Virus record (IMG/VR): IMGVR_UViG_3300027963_000058 | Span: 27,015-91,014 of that record | DNA from: a virus | Taxonomy: Duplodnaviria; Caudoviricetes | Direction: 5' to 3' (one strand) | Length of the DNA: 64,000 bases | Shown: positions 41,056-50,392 of the stretch, in pieces | Position numbering within the stretch: the stretch's first letter is position 1 | Layout: each line of letters opens with the position of its first letter | Notes under the pieces: generated by a model | The model's input: the letters and a program-made list of their open reading frames with translations, nothing else | The model's database searches: none | What the model was told of the DNA's origin: nothing | Position numbers and translations under genes: made by a program

Positions 41056-42323
41056 GTGGTTTCCTTCTCATAATAAGCCCATTGTCCCCACGGTGGAACG
41101 ATTGTAGTGGTGCCATGTAATATCCACACGGTATCAGCATAGTTCTCATCACCCCAGGATCCAAATGGATATCCATCTGTGAATACTACTAGTCGCTTGG
41201 GTTCAATCTGTTCTTCCTTCAAGTAATCAAATATACAATCAAAGTCGGTACCACCGCCACCTTCAACTTCATAGTCTGCCATTGAGTCCAAGTTCTCGCT
41301 GTCGTATTGCACAGTATTATATACCCGGGTATCAAAGGTGCCCACGTGTATTTTATAACTCTGGAACTGTTCCATGATGCCTTGGGTTTCACTGATAAAG
41401 TCCCGCAACATGTTAGGGTCAATACTGCCGCTGGCATCAATCATGACAGCAATATCAATCAGTTCATCTGGCTTCTGCCCTGGCATTATGGCATCCATGT
41501 GCCAGCCCTTACGACCGGCTCGCATCCAGGTATAGTCACTTTTGAGAGTACTTTCCAATTGCATACGCAACAGTTCTCTCCAGCTCATTTTAGGTGCTGT
41601 TAGGTCTTGTAGGATCCGTTTGACTCCGGCTGGCAAGTTACCAGCACCGTCAGACGCCGCGGCAGCCGCCAACATGGCTTCTTTTATTTCGTCACGTACC
41701 TTGGCACGCTCTTCGGCTGACATCCGGGGTCGATTCCCGTTGCCATCTTTATCCCCACCACCATCAGTCTCATCATCACCATCCAGGTGCTCATCCAATA
41801 GCTTTTCGAGCAATTTATCAATATCAATCTTTTCAGCATTTTCATACAAGACGTCATAGATTTCTTCACTGCTCATGTCTTCATATTCGGGATTGTATAA
41901 ACAAGGAACCGACGTAATGAACTCGCCCACACGGTGTTTCTTCAAGTCGGCATTCACACAATAGTCATTGGCTATATTAAACAACTGTGGGTCTCTGTCA
42001 CCTCTACGGCCGAAGTGATCATAGACACAGTGTAACACTTCATGCCCAAACAAGAATTCCACTTCCTTGGGTTTAAGCATGTCCACAAATCTGCTGTTGT
42101 AATAAAAATTTCTTCCGTCTGTTGCGGCAGTAGGACACCATTCGTCGGCATTGACTAGTTTCAATCTAGTAGCCAGGTTGCCAAAGAAACTGGCACGGAG
42201 CAACATGCCCACACGGGCGGTCACCATTTTCTCACGCACAATTCGATCCAGCTTGGGATCCATTGGGCCCACCAAGTCTTTGAACTTGTCGGATTCTTGT
42301 TTATTCTGTGTACTAGTAGTCAT
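41052..42323 (-). CDS. Metallopeptidase-like + vWA domain protein (DUF2201-type)
   Basis: TAATDG, HEVLH (HExxH), DASGS MIDAS motif, GGGTDF, FTDG. Confidence 0.88.
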   Translation of the reverse strand: MTTSTQNKQESDKFKDLVGPMDPKLDRIVREKMVTARVGMLLRASFFGNLATRLKLVNADEWCPTAATDGRNFYYNSRFVDMLKPKEVEFLFGHEVLHCVYDHFGRRGDRDPQLFNIANDYCVNADLKKHRVGEFITSVPCLYNPEYEDMSSEEIYDVLYENAEKIDIDKLLEKLLDEHLDGDDETDGGGDKDGNGNRPRMSAEERAKVRDEIKEAMLAAAAASDGAGNLPAGVKRILQDLTAPKMSWRELLRMQLESTLKSDYTWMRAGRKGWHMDAIMPGQKPDELIDIAVMIDASGSIDPNMLRDFISETQGIMEQFQSYKIHVGTFDTRVYNTVQYDSENLDSMADYEVEGGGGTDFDCIFDYLKEEQIEPKRLVVFTDGYPFGSWGDENYADTVWILHGTTTIVPPWGQWAYYEKETT

Positions 42324-42352
42324 ATGGGTCCTGTTCAGTAACTGTATATATT

Positions 42353-42381
42353 ATTATAACACTCGAGCCATTTGAGGTCAA
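42353..42381 (-). promoter_or_regulatory. Early sigma70 promoter
   Basis: TTGACC-N17-TATAAT. Confidence 0.85.
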
Positions 42382-42383
42382 CC

Positions 42384-42665
42384 TTAGACCTTGTCCCAGT
42401 CTTTTACTTGTTGGAACAATCGAGTGGCTTTGGCCAAGTCAAAATTTGGATGCCGATACATGTAGTCTCGTTTGCGTTCGGCGACTGCAATGGACTCAAG
42501 CAAATCTACTTTGACATAGAAATCTTTGATGCTCATCAGCATATTACTCATATCGTACACATCCAACTGATACTCTACCCATTTTTCAGTGGCTTGTATT
42601 TTGAAATAATTGCTGTAGCCTACTTTTTGGGCTTTGTATTTGTTTACATAATTTCTAGGTTGCAT
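42384..42665 (-). CDS. Hypothetical early protein
   Basis: AAGGAG RBS and its own promoter. Confidence 0.75.
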   Translation of the reverse strand: MQPRNYVNKYKAQKVGYSNYFKIQATEKWVEYQLDVYDMSNMLMSIKDFYVKVDLLESIAVAERKRDYMYRHPNFDLAKATRLFQQVKDWDKV

Positions 42666-42688
42666 GCTGTCTCCTTCACTATACTACT

Positions 42689-42717
42689 ATTATAGCAAAC
42701 CTTGAATTATTGGTCAA
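42689..42717 (-). promoter_or_regulatory. Early sigma70 promoter
   Basis: TTGACC-N17-TATAAT. Confidence 0.85.
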
Positions 42718-42730
42718 TCAGTGTTTTAGA

Positions 42731-42748
42731 TGTTGTTTTTATACAACA
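42731..42748. promoter_or_regulatory. Palindromic operator-like motif TGTTG-N8-CAACA
   Basis: 13 bp upstream of a -35 box; recurs at 47568 and 48403. Confidence 0.55.
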
Positions 42749-42753
42749 TCAGA

Positions 42754-43035
42754 TCAGGTGCCAAACTTTAAAACAAACATCACATACCTTTGCTCATCGA
42801 GCACCACATAATCCAGCCCAAATGCTTCGCCCGAATCGGCCACGCTCAATCGTATACCGTAGTATTCTTGTATGTAATCGTTAAAAGACAAAAAAGCCAC
42901 ACCAGGTTCGACTGCATGGGCCAAGAGATCGTACTCGTCTTTGCACAGTTTCAGTCTGCGGAAATGGCTGGTATCTCCACCTATGATGGTGTCTAATCGG
43001 TCATCGTGCGAACGATAGTATTCACCCTGGCTCAT
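42754..43035 (-). CDS. Small hypothetical protein (F-x-L-K-W/F family)
   Basis: Ends MFVLKFGT. Confidence 0.7.
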   Translation of the reverse strand: MSQGEYYRSHDDRLDTIIGGDTSHFRRLKLCKDEYDLLAHAVEPGVAFLSFNDYIQEYYGIRLSVADSGEAFGLDYVVLDEQRYVMFVLKFGT

Positions 43036-43303
43036 ACTCGATAGTTCGGGATTTTAACTTGATTATGGTAAATTCTCTTGGATCTACCTGATGCCGTTGT
43101 CCATAGTAGTCAGGTTTGATTAGATAAACACCATTGGCATTTTCCAACCAAACTCGTTGGCTGTTGGCCAAGAATTCATCATGTACACCATATGGCATAC
43201 GTCCACCACCATCGGCTATTGAGCAGTTGGCTAGACACCAATAGGACCATTCTTGGCCAAACACTTTTTTACGGGTAGGATGCAGTTCGTAGTAGTAGTT
43301 CAT
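43022..43303 (-). CDS. Small hypothetical protein
   Basis: ATGA-coupled to the halogenase stop. Confidence 0.65.
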   Translation of the reverse strand: MNYYYELHPTRKKVFGQEWSYWCLANCSIADGGGRMPYGVHDEFLANSQRVWLENANGVYLIKPDYYGQRHQVDPREFTIIKLKSRTIEYEPG

Positions 43304-44877
43304 CGGTTTATGTGTTGTATAAGTTGCCAATGAGTTGGTACCAGGTCTAATACACCCTGGGCCATTTCATCTCGGTGTTGGTAAAATAGTCGTGCTCGTG
43401 GTAACAGTGCTTCGTTTATTGCTCGTGTGGGACAATCCTTGAATGCTCGCATGGTGGTAATAGTCTGTGCCCAGTCATACTTGTTATAGCGGGTATGATC
43501 AAAGTCCTTTTCTCTACGATAGATATCGCTGAAGTGGCGACCAAACCATCCATGTACCATGTCTACCGCTTCCTCACGTTTGGAGGCCTGTTCGCGCCAG
43601 AACTCGGTATCCGATCGTTCAGTTAAGGCATAGTGCGCCCACAAGAAGTCTCCAGTGATTTTAACTTCGCGGCTCATTAATCGACTCAGCACACGATCCT
43701 CGCCATCAAGCCAATGTCCATCATGCTTCTTTAATACTGCCACTACCAGTTCGTTGATAAGTGTAGTAAAGCTAATACTGGTTGCTTCCAGCGGTTCCAG
43801 GAAGTTGCTGCTCAAGCCACACGCAATCACGTTGCGGTGTGCTGACCGATCCAGGATACCATTATCAAATGTCAGGGTAACCTTGTGATCCCATGTCTTG
43901 CCTTGGCTTTTCCAATAAGCCTGTAATTCGTCGACAGCTTGTTCTGTAGTTGTAAACCGAGTGTCGTACACATAGCCTGAACCCATATCGTCTCGTAACG
44001 GCACACGCCACGACCAACCATGATCCAATGCTGTGGCATGTAAGTTGGGCACACAGAATAGTTCTTGATCATCTTCATAACGCACACGCCCACCCACCGC
44101 ATTCTTACAAGGTAATCGATCTTCGTAGCTAATCCATTTGGCTACAGGACCAATAAGCAATCGTTTGAATCCAGTACAGTCAATGTACAAGTCTGCCACA
44201 TGAGTTTCGCCTGTGTCATCTACAATGCCGGTAACTTCTTCACGCTCGTTGCGATCAACTCGAACAATATGTCTTTCTAGTGTTTGAACACCATTTGGTA
44301 TGGCCACATGGTTGCGGATAGTTTGTCCTACCTTGAATGCGTTTATGTTATAAGCATATCCGGGCACACGGCTTGTGTATTGATGTCCGTCTAGGTCTCT
44401 GTGGGCACGACGATTTTGCACTAGATGATAGGTATCCGACGCATATTGATAGTAATCATCCTCATTGATCAGGCCACGCTTGAGCATTTCAATCCAGTAG
44501 TCGGCTACCAATACTGTGTCATCCTTGGCCGTACTCTGGCGCTTGCCGAATTCGTCCATGCTACGATTGATACCTTTTTCTGTGACAAAGTCACCAAAGC
44601 CATGCCAACGGGTATCGGATCCTGTGCGCCAGTTATCAAAGGTAACTCCATACTTGAATGTGCTACCACTTTCACGCATCCACACATCTTCGTTCAAGCC
44701 CATCTTTTCCAAGTGATTGCGGAACTGTGGCACTGTGGTTTCGCCTACACCAATTATGGGCACTTCCTTGCTGTGGATTACCGTGATTGCTACACCAGGT
44801 AATTGGCTGCTTAAAAAGCCGGCACTGAGCCAACCCGCGGTTCCACCACCTACAACAATTATTCGTTTGACTTTCAT
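43300..44877 (-). CDS. Flavin-dependent tryptophan halogenase family protein
   Basis: GGGTAGW, GVGE, TFK catalytic Lys, DCTGF, WSWRVP (WxWxIP), FLEPLEATSI. Confidence 0.92.
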   Translation of the reverse strand: MKVKRIIVVGGGTAGWLSAGFLSSQLPGVAITVIHSKEVPIIGVGETTVPQFRNHLEKMGLNEDVWMRESGSTFKYGVTFDNWRTGSDTRWHGFGDFVTEKGINRSMDEFGKRQSTAKDDTVLVADYWIEMLKRGLINEDDYYQYASDTYHLVQNRRAHRDLDGHQYTSRVPGYAYNINAFKVGQTIRNHVAIPNGVQTLERHIVRVDRNEREEVTGIVDDTGETHVADLYIDCTGFKRLLIGPVAKWISYEDRLPCKNAVGGRVRYEDDQELFCVPNLHATALDHGWSWRVPLRDDMGSGYVYDTRFTTTEQAVDELQAYWKSQGKTWDHKVTLTFDNGILDRSAHRNVIACGLSSNFLEPLEATSISFTTLINELVVAVLKKHDGHWLDGEDRVLSRLMSREVKITGDFLWAHYALTERSDTEFWREQASKREEAVDMVHGWFGRHFSDIYRREKDFDHTRYNKYDWAQTITTMRAFKDCPTRAINEALLPRARLFYQHRDEMAQGVLDLVPTHWQLIQHINR

Positions 44878-44898
44878 CCTGTATTTAACCCCTTATAT

Positions 44899-45084
44899 TC
44901 ATGCATCTTTCAATAGATCCAATGCGTCACCAAACTCATACCCTTGATGCGGCCATACCATTCGATTGCGCTCTCTACGATATACAGTAGTTAGCCAATA
45001 CCATCGACCGTTAATTTTTCGTGGGCGCCAGGCAAAAACAGGTTGCCATGGTCCCCCCGGTCCTCGAAATACCATTATCCCCAC
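44899..45084 (-). CDS. Small hypothetical protein
   Basis: W..VFAWRP...GRWYWL motif. Confidence 0.65.
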   Translation of the reverse strand: MGIMVFRGPGGPWQPVFAWRPRKINGRWYWLTTVYRRERNRMVWPHQGYEFGDALDLLKDA

Positions 45085-45305
45085 CTTAGCACAAAAAACA
45101 AGTGATCTTGTTTGTGCTTAAACTCAAAGATACCTTCACCAACATAGTGCCAGGACTCGCAACATCCAAACCGTTCTTGACACCAGTCAATGCAATCGGT
45201 CCACCCTGTATATGGATATATATGACCCGACACCGGATCAGACCGTGGTATAGGTGACATGACACTGGCCACATACCACTGGTTCAGTTCGTTTTTCATT
45301 TCCAT
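45075..45305 (-). CDS. Small hypothetical protein (F-x-L-R-W family)
   Basis: WCQERFG..FFVLRWG. Confidence 0.7.
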   Translation of the reverse strand: MEMKNELNQWYVASVMSPIPRSDPVSGHIYPYTGWTDCIDWCQERFGCCESWHYVGEGIFEFKHKQDHLFFVLRWG

Positions 45306-45544
45306 TTTAGTCTAAACAAAGTGGCATCTGCTTCGGAATAAAAATAAAATGCAGATACCTTATCAAACTCATAACTGACATCACTGGTATCTAACGACTC
45401 ACTCCAGATAAATGATTCGCAATAGGCATAGGCCCACGCCCGTATTTCTCGCATGCTGGTTTGGTGATCAGCTAAATAGACCTGTATGCACTGATCCAGC
45501 ACTTCGCGTGGTGGTTCAAAGGTGGTAAAATTATTATAGATCAC
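45296..45544 (-). CDS. Small hypothetical protein (F-x-L-K-W family)
   Basis: EADATLFRLKWK. Confidence 0.7.
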   Translation of the reverse strand: MIYNNFTTFEPPREVLDQCIQVYLADHQTSMREIRAWAYAYCESFIWSESLDTSDVSYEFDKVSAFYFYSEADATLFRLKWK

Positions 45545-45879
45545 GATCGTGGGTGGGCCAATACAAACCAGTTGAGTTCAGCATCGCCGGCTATGTAGAT
45601 CCTGTATTCATCATAGGCGATACTCCATGACCATTTTTCGTTGTATTCGTCTGTTCCACGTATGTTAGGATCAGCTTTCAGCATACGTTGCCTAGTTTCA
45701 ACATCCTGGCTCCAACCAAAGGTGGTGTTAAACCAGCGCCGACTGCGATCAAATTCCAACACACCAGAACTGTTTGTAAACTGGCCTTGGAAAAAACCTC
45801 GCTTCTCAAACTCAACCATGTGTTTAAAATGTCGATGCCAGGCGTGCCGTTTATCTAGTTTGATCGTTTTATAGTGCAT
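45541..45879 (-). CDS. Small hypothetical protein
   Basis: AAGGA RBS before MHYKTI; ends ELNWFVLAH. Confidence 0.7.
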   Translation of the reverse strand: MHYKTIKLDKRHAWHRHFKHMVEFEKRGFFQGQFTNSSGVLEFDRSRRWFNTTFGWSQDVETRQRMLKADPNIRGTDEYNEKWSWSIAYDEYRIYIAGDAELNWFVLAHPRS

Positions 45880-45954
45880 GCCAGTTCCTTTGAAGTAGAA
45901 GGAGGGCGGTGCGAACACAGCCCTGTGATACTACTACACCGTCCTCCGTTGACG

Positions 45955-47040
45955 TTAGGCCGAAGCCTGTAAAATGTACTTGCCGTAACGCTGATGGAAC
46001 TCATCAAAGTTCTTGAGCTTGGTCGGCTGGAACGGTAGGTTGTATGTGGTAAGCGCAATCCTAGCACCCATCACAACCAGTTCAACTTCAAAGTTCTTCA
46101 TCATGTAAGCAAAGAAGTTGTCGCTCATGACATGGAACTCTTTGTCCGCGACCTTTTTCTCCACAGCGGCCTTGAGTTCATAGCACATACCAATCACCAA
46201 ACTGTACATGGCACTGACTTCTTTGACATCCAAAGTATCAACCTTGCCGCTCAAGATGTCGGCTGGGTTAGGCATGCGTCCAGCAATCTTGCGGTGAGCC
46301 ATAAACTTCACAGCCAAACCTTCGCCTACGGTACCAGCGATCAAGTTCATGTTGGTGTCGTCATCGGTGTCATCATCTTGCAATAGTTCGCTCACAAAGT
46401 GCCACGATCTTGGTGTAGCAAAGGCACGGCTTGCTGACTTGGCATCAAAATCATACAAATCTTGCTTGGCAAAGGTCAAGTAACCGACCACGTCCTTGTG
46501 CTCGTTGTTCTTGACTGCCCACTCCTGCCAACTAGCGAAATCACACTTCATCTCTTGGTGTACAAAACGATTGGCAAGCGGAGTAGGCATACGGTATGTG
46601 ACGCCCTTGTCGCTTTCACGATTACCTGCGGCAACTAGAACTACATTCTTGGGCAAATGATACTTGCCCACACGGCGATTCAATATAAGCTGGTAAGCCG
46701 CGGCCTGTACGCTGGGTGCAGCCGAGTTCATCTCGTCCAAGAATAATACTACTACTGGATACTGGCTGGCAAATTCCTCAGTTGGTAAATCCACTGGCTC
46801 AGCCCAATCCATCTTGCCCGAGTCCTTGTTGTAAAAAGGAATACCACGGATGTCTGTGGGCTCCATCTGACCCAGTCTAAGGTCGATCATGTATCCACCC
46901 ATTTCCTCAGTGAGCTCGGCTACCAACTCACTCTTACCGATACCAGGAGGGCCCCATAAAAATACTGGGCGTTGGATCTTGAATGCCTTCATCAGGCTAC
47001 GACGGGCTTGTATTGCGGTTACTGTTCTTGTTTCTGACAT
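45955..47040 (-). CDS. MoxR-like AAA+ ATPase
   Basis: Walker A GPPGIGKS, Walker B LFLDE, AAGN, LANRF, TPRSW. Confidence 0.9.
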   Translation of the reverse strand: MSETRTVTAIQARRSLMKAFKIQRPVFLWGPPGIGKSELVAELTEEMGGYMIDLRLGQMEPTDIRGIPFYNKDSGKMDWAEPVDLPTEEFASQYPVVVLFLDEMNSAAPSVQAAAYQLILNRRVGKYHLPKNVVLVAAGNRESDKGVTYRMPTPLANRFVHQEMKCDFASWQEWAVKNNEHKDVVGYLTFAKQDLYDFDAKSASRAFATPRSWHFVSELLQDDDTDDDTNMNLIAGTVGEGLAVKFMAHRKIAGRMPNPADILSGKVDTLDVKEVSAMYSLVIGMCYELKAAVEKKVADKEFHVMSDNFFAYMMKNFEVELVVMGARIALTTYNLPFQPTKLKNFDEFHQRYGKYILQASA

Positions 47041-47090
47041 GGCTGTGTCCTTAAAAATTAAACTACGATTAAATTAACTACTATACTGCT

Positions 47091-47119
47091 ATTATACAGT
47101 GAGTGCCTTTTGAGGTCAA
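47091..47119 (-). promoter_or_regulatory. Early sigma70 promoter
   Basis: TTGACC-N17-TATAAT. Confidence 0.85.
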
Positions 47120-47316
47120 GCACTGATACGATCAAAAATACTCTGTTGTAAAACAGCAACTTCATCGCGATCTACATAAAAATCTGTGCGTGGGTCATAA
47201 TACTCACCGGCCTTGGGATCATAGTACAAGACCTGACCATTTGGATAATGGAATGGACCTTCCAGACCTTTGCGTGGTCCATATTCTTGATTGTGTTTGA
47301 ATACTGTATAGGCCAT
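47116..47316 (-). CDS. Small hypothetical protein
   Basis: MAYTVF..GLEGPF..LYYDPKAGEYYDP. Confidence 0.7.
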   Translation of the reverse strand: MAYTVFKHNQEYGPRKGLEGPFHYPNGQVLYYDPKAGEYYDPRTDFYVDRDEVAVLQQSIFDRISA

Positions 47317-47317
47317 A

Positions 47318-47485
47318 TTAAACCAACTCGCTTTCTTTGATTTTTTTAACCTGGCTGACTGTGAAATTATGCCACTGACTTCCCTCATTGAGTTCGGTAA
47401 AATTATGCTGGGTCACAAGTTTTTCAGCCTCTGCTTTGGAGTCTGCTTCTATTAGGAATTCTACTTTTACTGTATAAAATTTCAT
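47318..47485 (-). CDS. 55-aa hypothetical protein (not in track)
   Basis: AAGGAGCCGAAATG start; MKFYTVKVEFLIEADSKAEA. Confidence 0.7.
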   Translation of the reverse strand: MKFYTVKVEFLIEADSKAEAEKLVTQHNFTELNEGSQWHNFTVSQVKKIKESELV

Positions 47486-47514
47486 TTCGGCTCCTTGTTG
47501 TTTACTATACTACT

Positions 47515-47543
47515 ATTATAACCGAACTACCATTACGGGTCAA
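47515..47543 (-). promoter_or_regulatory. Early sigma70 promoter
   Basis: TTGACC-N17-TATAAT. Confidence 0.85.
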
Positions 47544-47626
47544 CCATTATCCGGGACTTAGGAATTACGTTGCGTTTACGCAACACCCCTGGTCAACTGC
47601 CCGGGCGGAGTTCATATGACTATGAA

Positions 47627-47968
47627 TTAGTCCAATCTGCTTCCGGCATAGGCCTGGAAACCATACTTCTCAAATACCCGAGCAGCCGCATATGCACCTG
47701 CTTCTTTGGTGTCGATATTTTGGGTACCGTGTTCCGAAGGATTCCAGATAGTGAATGCCTTGCTATAATCCTGACGCACACCAGCGGCCTTCAATGTCTT
47801 GCCCATCCGAGTATTGCCTTTGATACCGTGTATCTCGACCCAGGCAAAACCACAACAGCCCTGATCACGTCCGCCCATTTTTTCTTGGAAGAATTCGTCA
47901 GCGGCCTGTCTAGCGGCCTGTTTGGCTTCGGATACTATGGCTACTACTTGTTCTTTGGTATAATTCAT
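47627..47968 (-). CDS. Hypothetical early protein
   Basis: AGGAGCCGAAATG start; CGFAWV motif. Confidence 0.75.
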   Translation of the reverse strand: MNYTKEQVVAIVSEAKQAARQAADEFFQEKMGGRDQGCCGFAWVEIHGIKGNTRMGKTLKAAGVRQDYSKAFTIWNPSEHGTQNIDTKEAGAYAAARVFEKYGFQAYAGSRLD

Positions 47969-47998
47969 TTCGGCTCCTAATTGTTTAACTATACATAT

Positions 47999-48027
47999 AT
48001 TATAACAAATGGCCCATTTTGGGTCAA
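47999..48027 (-). promoter_or_regulatory. Early sigma70 promoter
   Basis: TTGACC-N17-TATAAT. Confidence 0.85.
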
Positions 48028-48032
48028 CCGTT

Positions 48033-48308
48033 TTACATGCTCCAGTATGATTCGTTTGCAGGACTGCAAAAATACGGAGTATTCGCGCTTTCTTCAAACT
48101 GTTTTCCAGTCATTAAGTTGGTGCGGACTACGGTTTTTTCGATGTTGTTTAAAAACAACGAATAATCAGCGATAGCATACTCACCAACATTGTAACCCAT
48201 TTTGGCCATGCGCTTTAAATGACCTTTTGCGGCACCTATGCTTTTCCAAGATTCATGCACACGACTACCAACAATTTTGGTTGTTTCTTTATTGTAGACT
48301 ACAAACAT
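48033..48308 (-). CDS. Hypothetical early protein
   Basis: AAGGAG RBS; NLMTG..TPYFCSPANESYWSM. Confidence 0.75.
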   Translation of the reverse strand: MFVVYNKETTKIVGSRVHESWKSIGAAKGHLKRMAKMGYNVGEYAIADYSLFLNNIEKTVVRTNLMTGKQFEESANTPYFCSPANESYWSM

Positions 48309-48337
48309 ATCTGCTCCTTGTTATTTACTATACTACT

Positions 48338-48366
48338 ATTATAACCGAAATGGCATTTATGGTCAA
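48338..48366 (-). promoter_or_regulatory. Early sigma70 promoter
   Basis: TTGACC-N17-TATAAT. Confidence 0.85.
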
Positions 48367-48368
48367 TC

Positions 48369-48399
48369 AAAAGAAAACCCCCTGCGAACAGGGGGTTTT
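48369..48399 (-). terminator. Intrinsic terminator
   Basis: AAAACCCCCTG-TTCG-CAGGGGGTTTT followed by CTTTT. Confidence 0.85.
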
Positions 48400-48422
48400 G
48401 AGTGTTGTTTTTTTGCAACAAA

Positions 48423-49208
48423 TTAACATTCTAAGTATTCTTTAAGACGTATCCTAAACACAATGCCCATGGTTGGTTCAGGCGAATAATGAGCAACCGG
48501 CTTGACCTGATGCAAATATCTACCATCGTACAGCATAAATCTACCGGGCATGGGTGCAACAAAGTTTTCTGCCTCACCAACTGGAAATTCTCTTGGTTGA
48601 TCTGGAGTGAACTTACTGGTATGATCGCCTGTGATATTGTCATTGCTATGAAATAGCGTTTCGCCGTAGTACTGAGGATGCCATTCTTGATTGGCAAAAT
48701 AAACCAAGGTATAATCTCGATGTTCGTCCATGTCTACACTGTCACGATGAACACTTTTGGTTCTTGCCTTGAAATTTAGTTCTTGTGCATGTCCACTACC
48801 ATATACTCGCCATCCACAATTGGGTCGACCTGGAGTGCCATCCACACGAGTCATTCCACTCAGTGGACTGATACCTGTCATGTAATTTAGACCTTCTTGT
48901 GTACCTGCGATTGCAAACTTATCGTCGAGCGACGCAGAAATAGCCCGCCATAGTTTATAAACAATTGGTGCGCGATGCTCCAGACTCTGTTCGTCCCATG
49001 CCAGAGGTAATCTCAATGCACCGGGCATGGTTCTTGGAGTGACCCATTTGTTTTCTCTAGGATACCAAAGCGAGTGATTATGATCGTAAAAATTTACACA
49101 ATACTCGCTGTCTAATAGATATTCATACACAGCAGTTTGCAAGTCTTGGTCAATTTCTTTATCAAACACTGATAAATTATAAGTTTTATGTTTGTCAATT
49201 CTAGACAT
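48423..49208 (-). CDS. 2OG-Fe(II) oxygenase
   Basis: HRD (HxD), GETLF, distal His in YLHQV. Confidence 0.8.
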   Translation of the reverse strand: MSRIDKHKTYNLSVFDKEIDQDLQTAVYEYLLDSEYCVNFYDHNHSLWYPRENKWVTPRTMPGALRLPLAWDEQSLEHRAPIVYKLWRAISASLDDKFAIAGTQEGLNYMTGISPLSGMTRVDGTPGRPNCGWRVYGSGHAQELNFKARTKSVHRDSVDMDEHRDYTLVYFANQEWHPQYYGETLFHSNDNITGDHTSKFTPDQPREFPVGEAENFVAPMPGRFMLYDGRYLHQVKPVAHYSPEPTMGIVFRIRLKEYLEC

Positions 49209-49237
49209 AGTTTTTCCTTTGGCGTTGAATACTTATT

Positions 49238-50392
49238 TTACAGTGGTCCCACGGCATAAAATTTACTGTATGATCCTATCAAGCCATCGTGTACAGTTTG
49301 ATTATTAAACCAACGCTGACCCACTTGTCTTTCCATTTCTTGTATGCCTTCTGTCCATTTTTTCTGTGTTTCTGCTGGTGCCAGATCAAAAAACCATTTG
49401 CCCACTTCATCTCTCACAGAGCTTGTGGGTTTCTTGATCTGCCAGGTTTGTGTATTCCAACTTGGGTATATAATAGGATGAATCATTTGATAATAATCTG
49501 ACACGTGAAACGACGCTTTGGTGCCCAAATGTGTCAATGTGTTCAGTTGGTCGGTTCGTTTTAGATAGTTATAAATCAAATGTGCTTGTTTGACCACTAA
49601 CTGTGGCAAGTTGGGTGACCAATAAAAATATTCATCGTTCTCCCAATAGCGATTGTGTATATCGGCAGTATTGCCCACGCCCGTAGTCAACATAGTGTCA
49701 ATAAATGCAAAATACACTTGATGATCATCGCGAAATAGTCTGGGTTTATCAACTCCAAAAATAAATGCTACTTTTTTTCCACGACCTTCATAACGATCGT
49801 TGTGCCGGAATACTTCATGTAGATATTGTCTAGGAACTGCATCAGGAGCAAATCTAGTACCAACATCCCAAAACCATTCAGTCTTGTTGTTCAAGGTGTC
49901 AATTATTTTGTCAGTCCAGTCCCATATGGTAACTTTGAATTTTTGATATTTTTGTAATTCTTCCAACATGGGTTTGGCAATGTTGATTATTTCTCTGGTG
50001 TAATATCCAGGATCTCGGCTCCAGCCCACTGACTCAATTATTTTTTCTTCAGCTTTGAATGCACCAAAACAAAACACTTCATCAATTTTAATGTTGTTCT
50101 TGATAAATGTTTGTAGTATGGTATGGCTGTCGGCACCACCACTGTAAAACAATACCAAATGGTCGTATTGTTCTCGTAGTTGTAACGCACGTTGGCGATA
50201 CAATTCTTCTATACCAACAGGAGGTTCTTGAGTCCATGGTTGATGTTCATACACATGTTCGTGATAATCCCAATGCACATGATGATCACCCGGAATACGA
50301 TTTAGGGCTAAACAGGCTTCGAGTTTGTTAGTGTAAGGAACACCGCCTACTAGATATGCACCTTTGTGATTGTAAATGTAATTTTCTAGCAT
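49238..50392 (-). CDS. PP-loop (adenine nucleotide alpha-hydrolase) family protein
   Basis: LFYSGGADS; GVDKP. Confidence 0.75.
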   Translation of the reverse strand: MLENYIYNHKGAYLVGGVPYTNKLEACLALNRIPGDHHVHWDYHEHVYEHQPWTQEPPVGIEELYRQRALQLREQYDHLVLFYSGGADSHTILQTFIKNNIKIDEVFCFGAFKAEEKIIESVGWSRDPGYYTREIINIAKPMLEELQKYQKFKVTIWDWTDKIIDTLNNKTEWFWDVGTRFAPDAVPRQYLHEVFRHNDRYEGRGKKVAFIFGVDKPRLFRDDHQVYFAFIDTMLTTGVGNTADIHNRYWENDEYFYWSPNLPQLVVKQAHLIYNYLKRTDQLNTLTHLGTKASFHVSDYYQMIHPIIYPSWNTQTWQIKKPTSSVRDEVGKWFFDLAPAETQKKWTEGIQEMERQVGQRWFNNQTVHDGLIGSYSKFYAVGPL

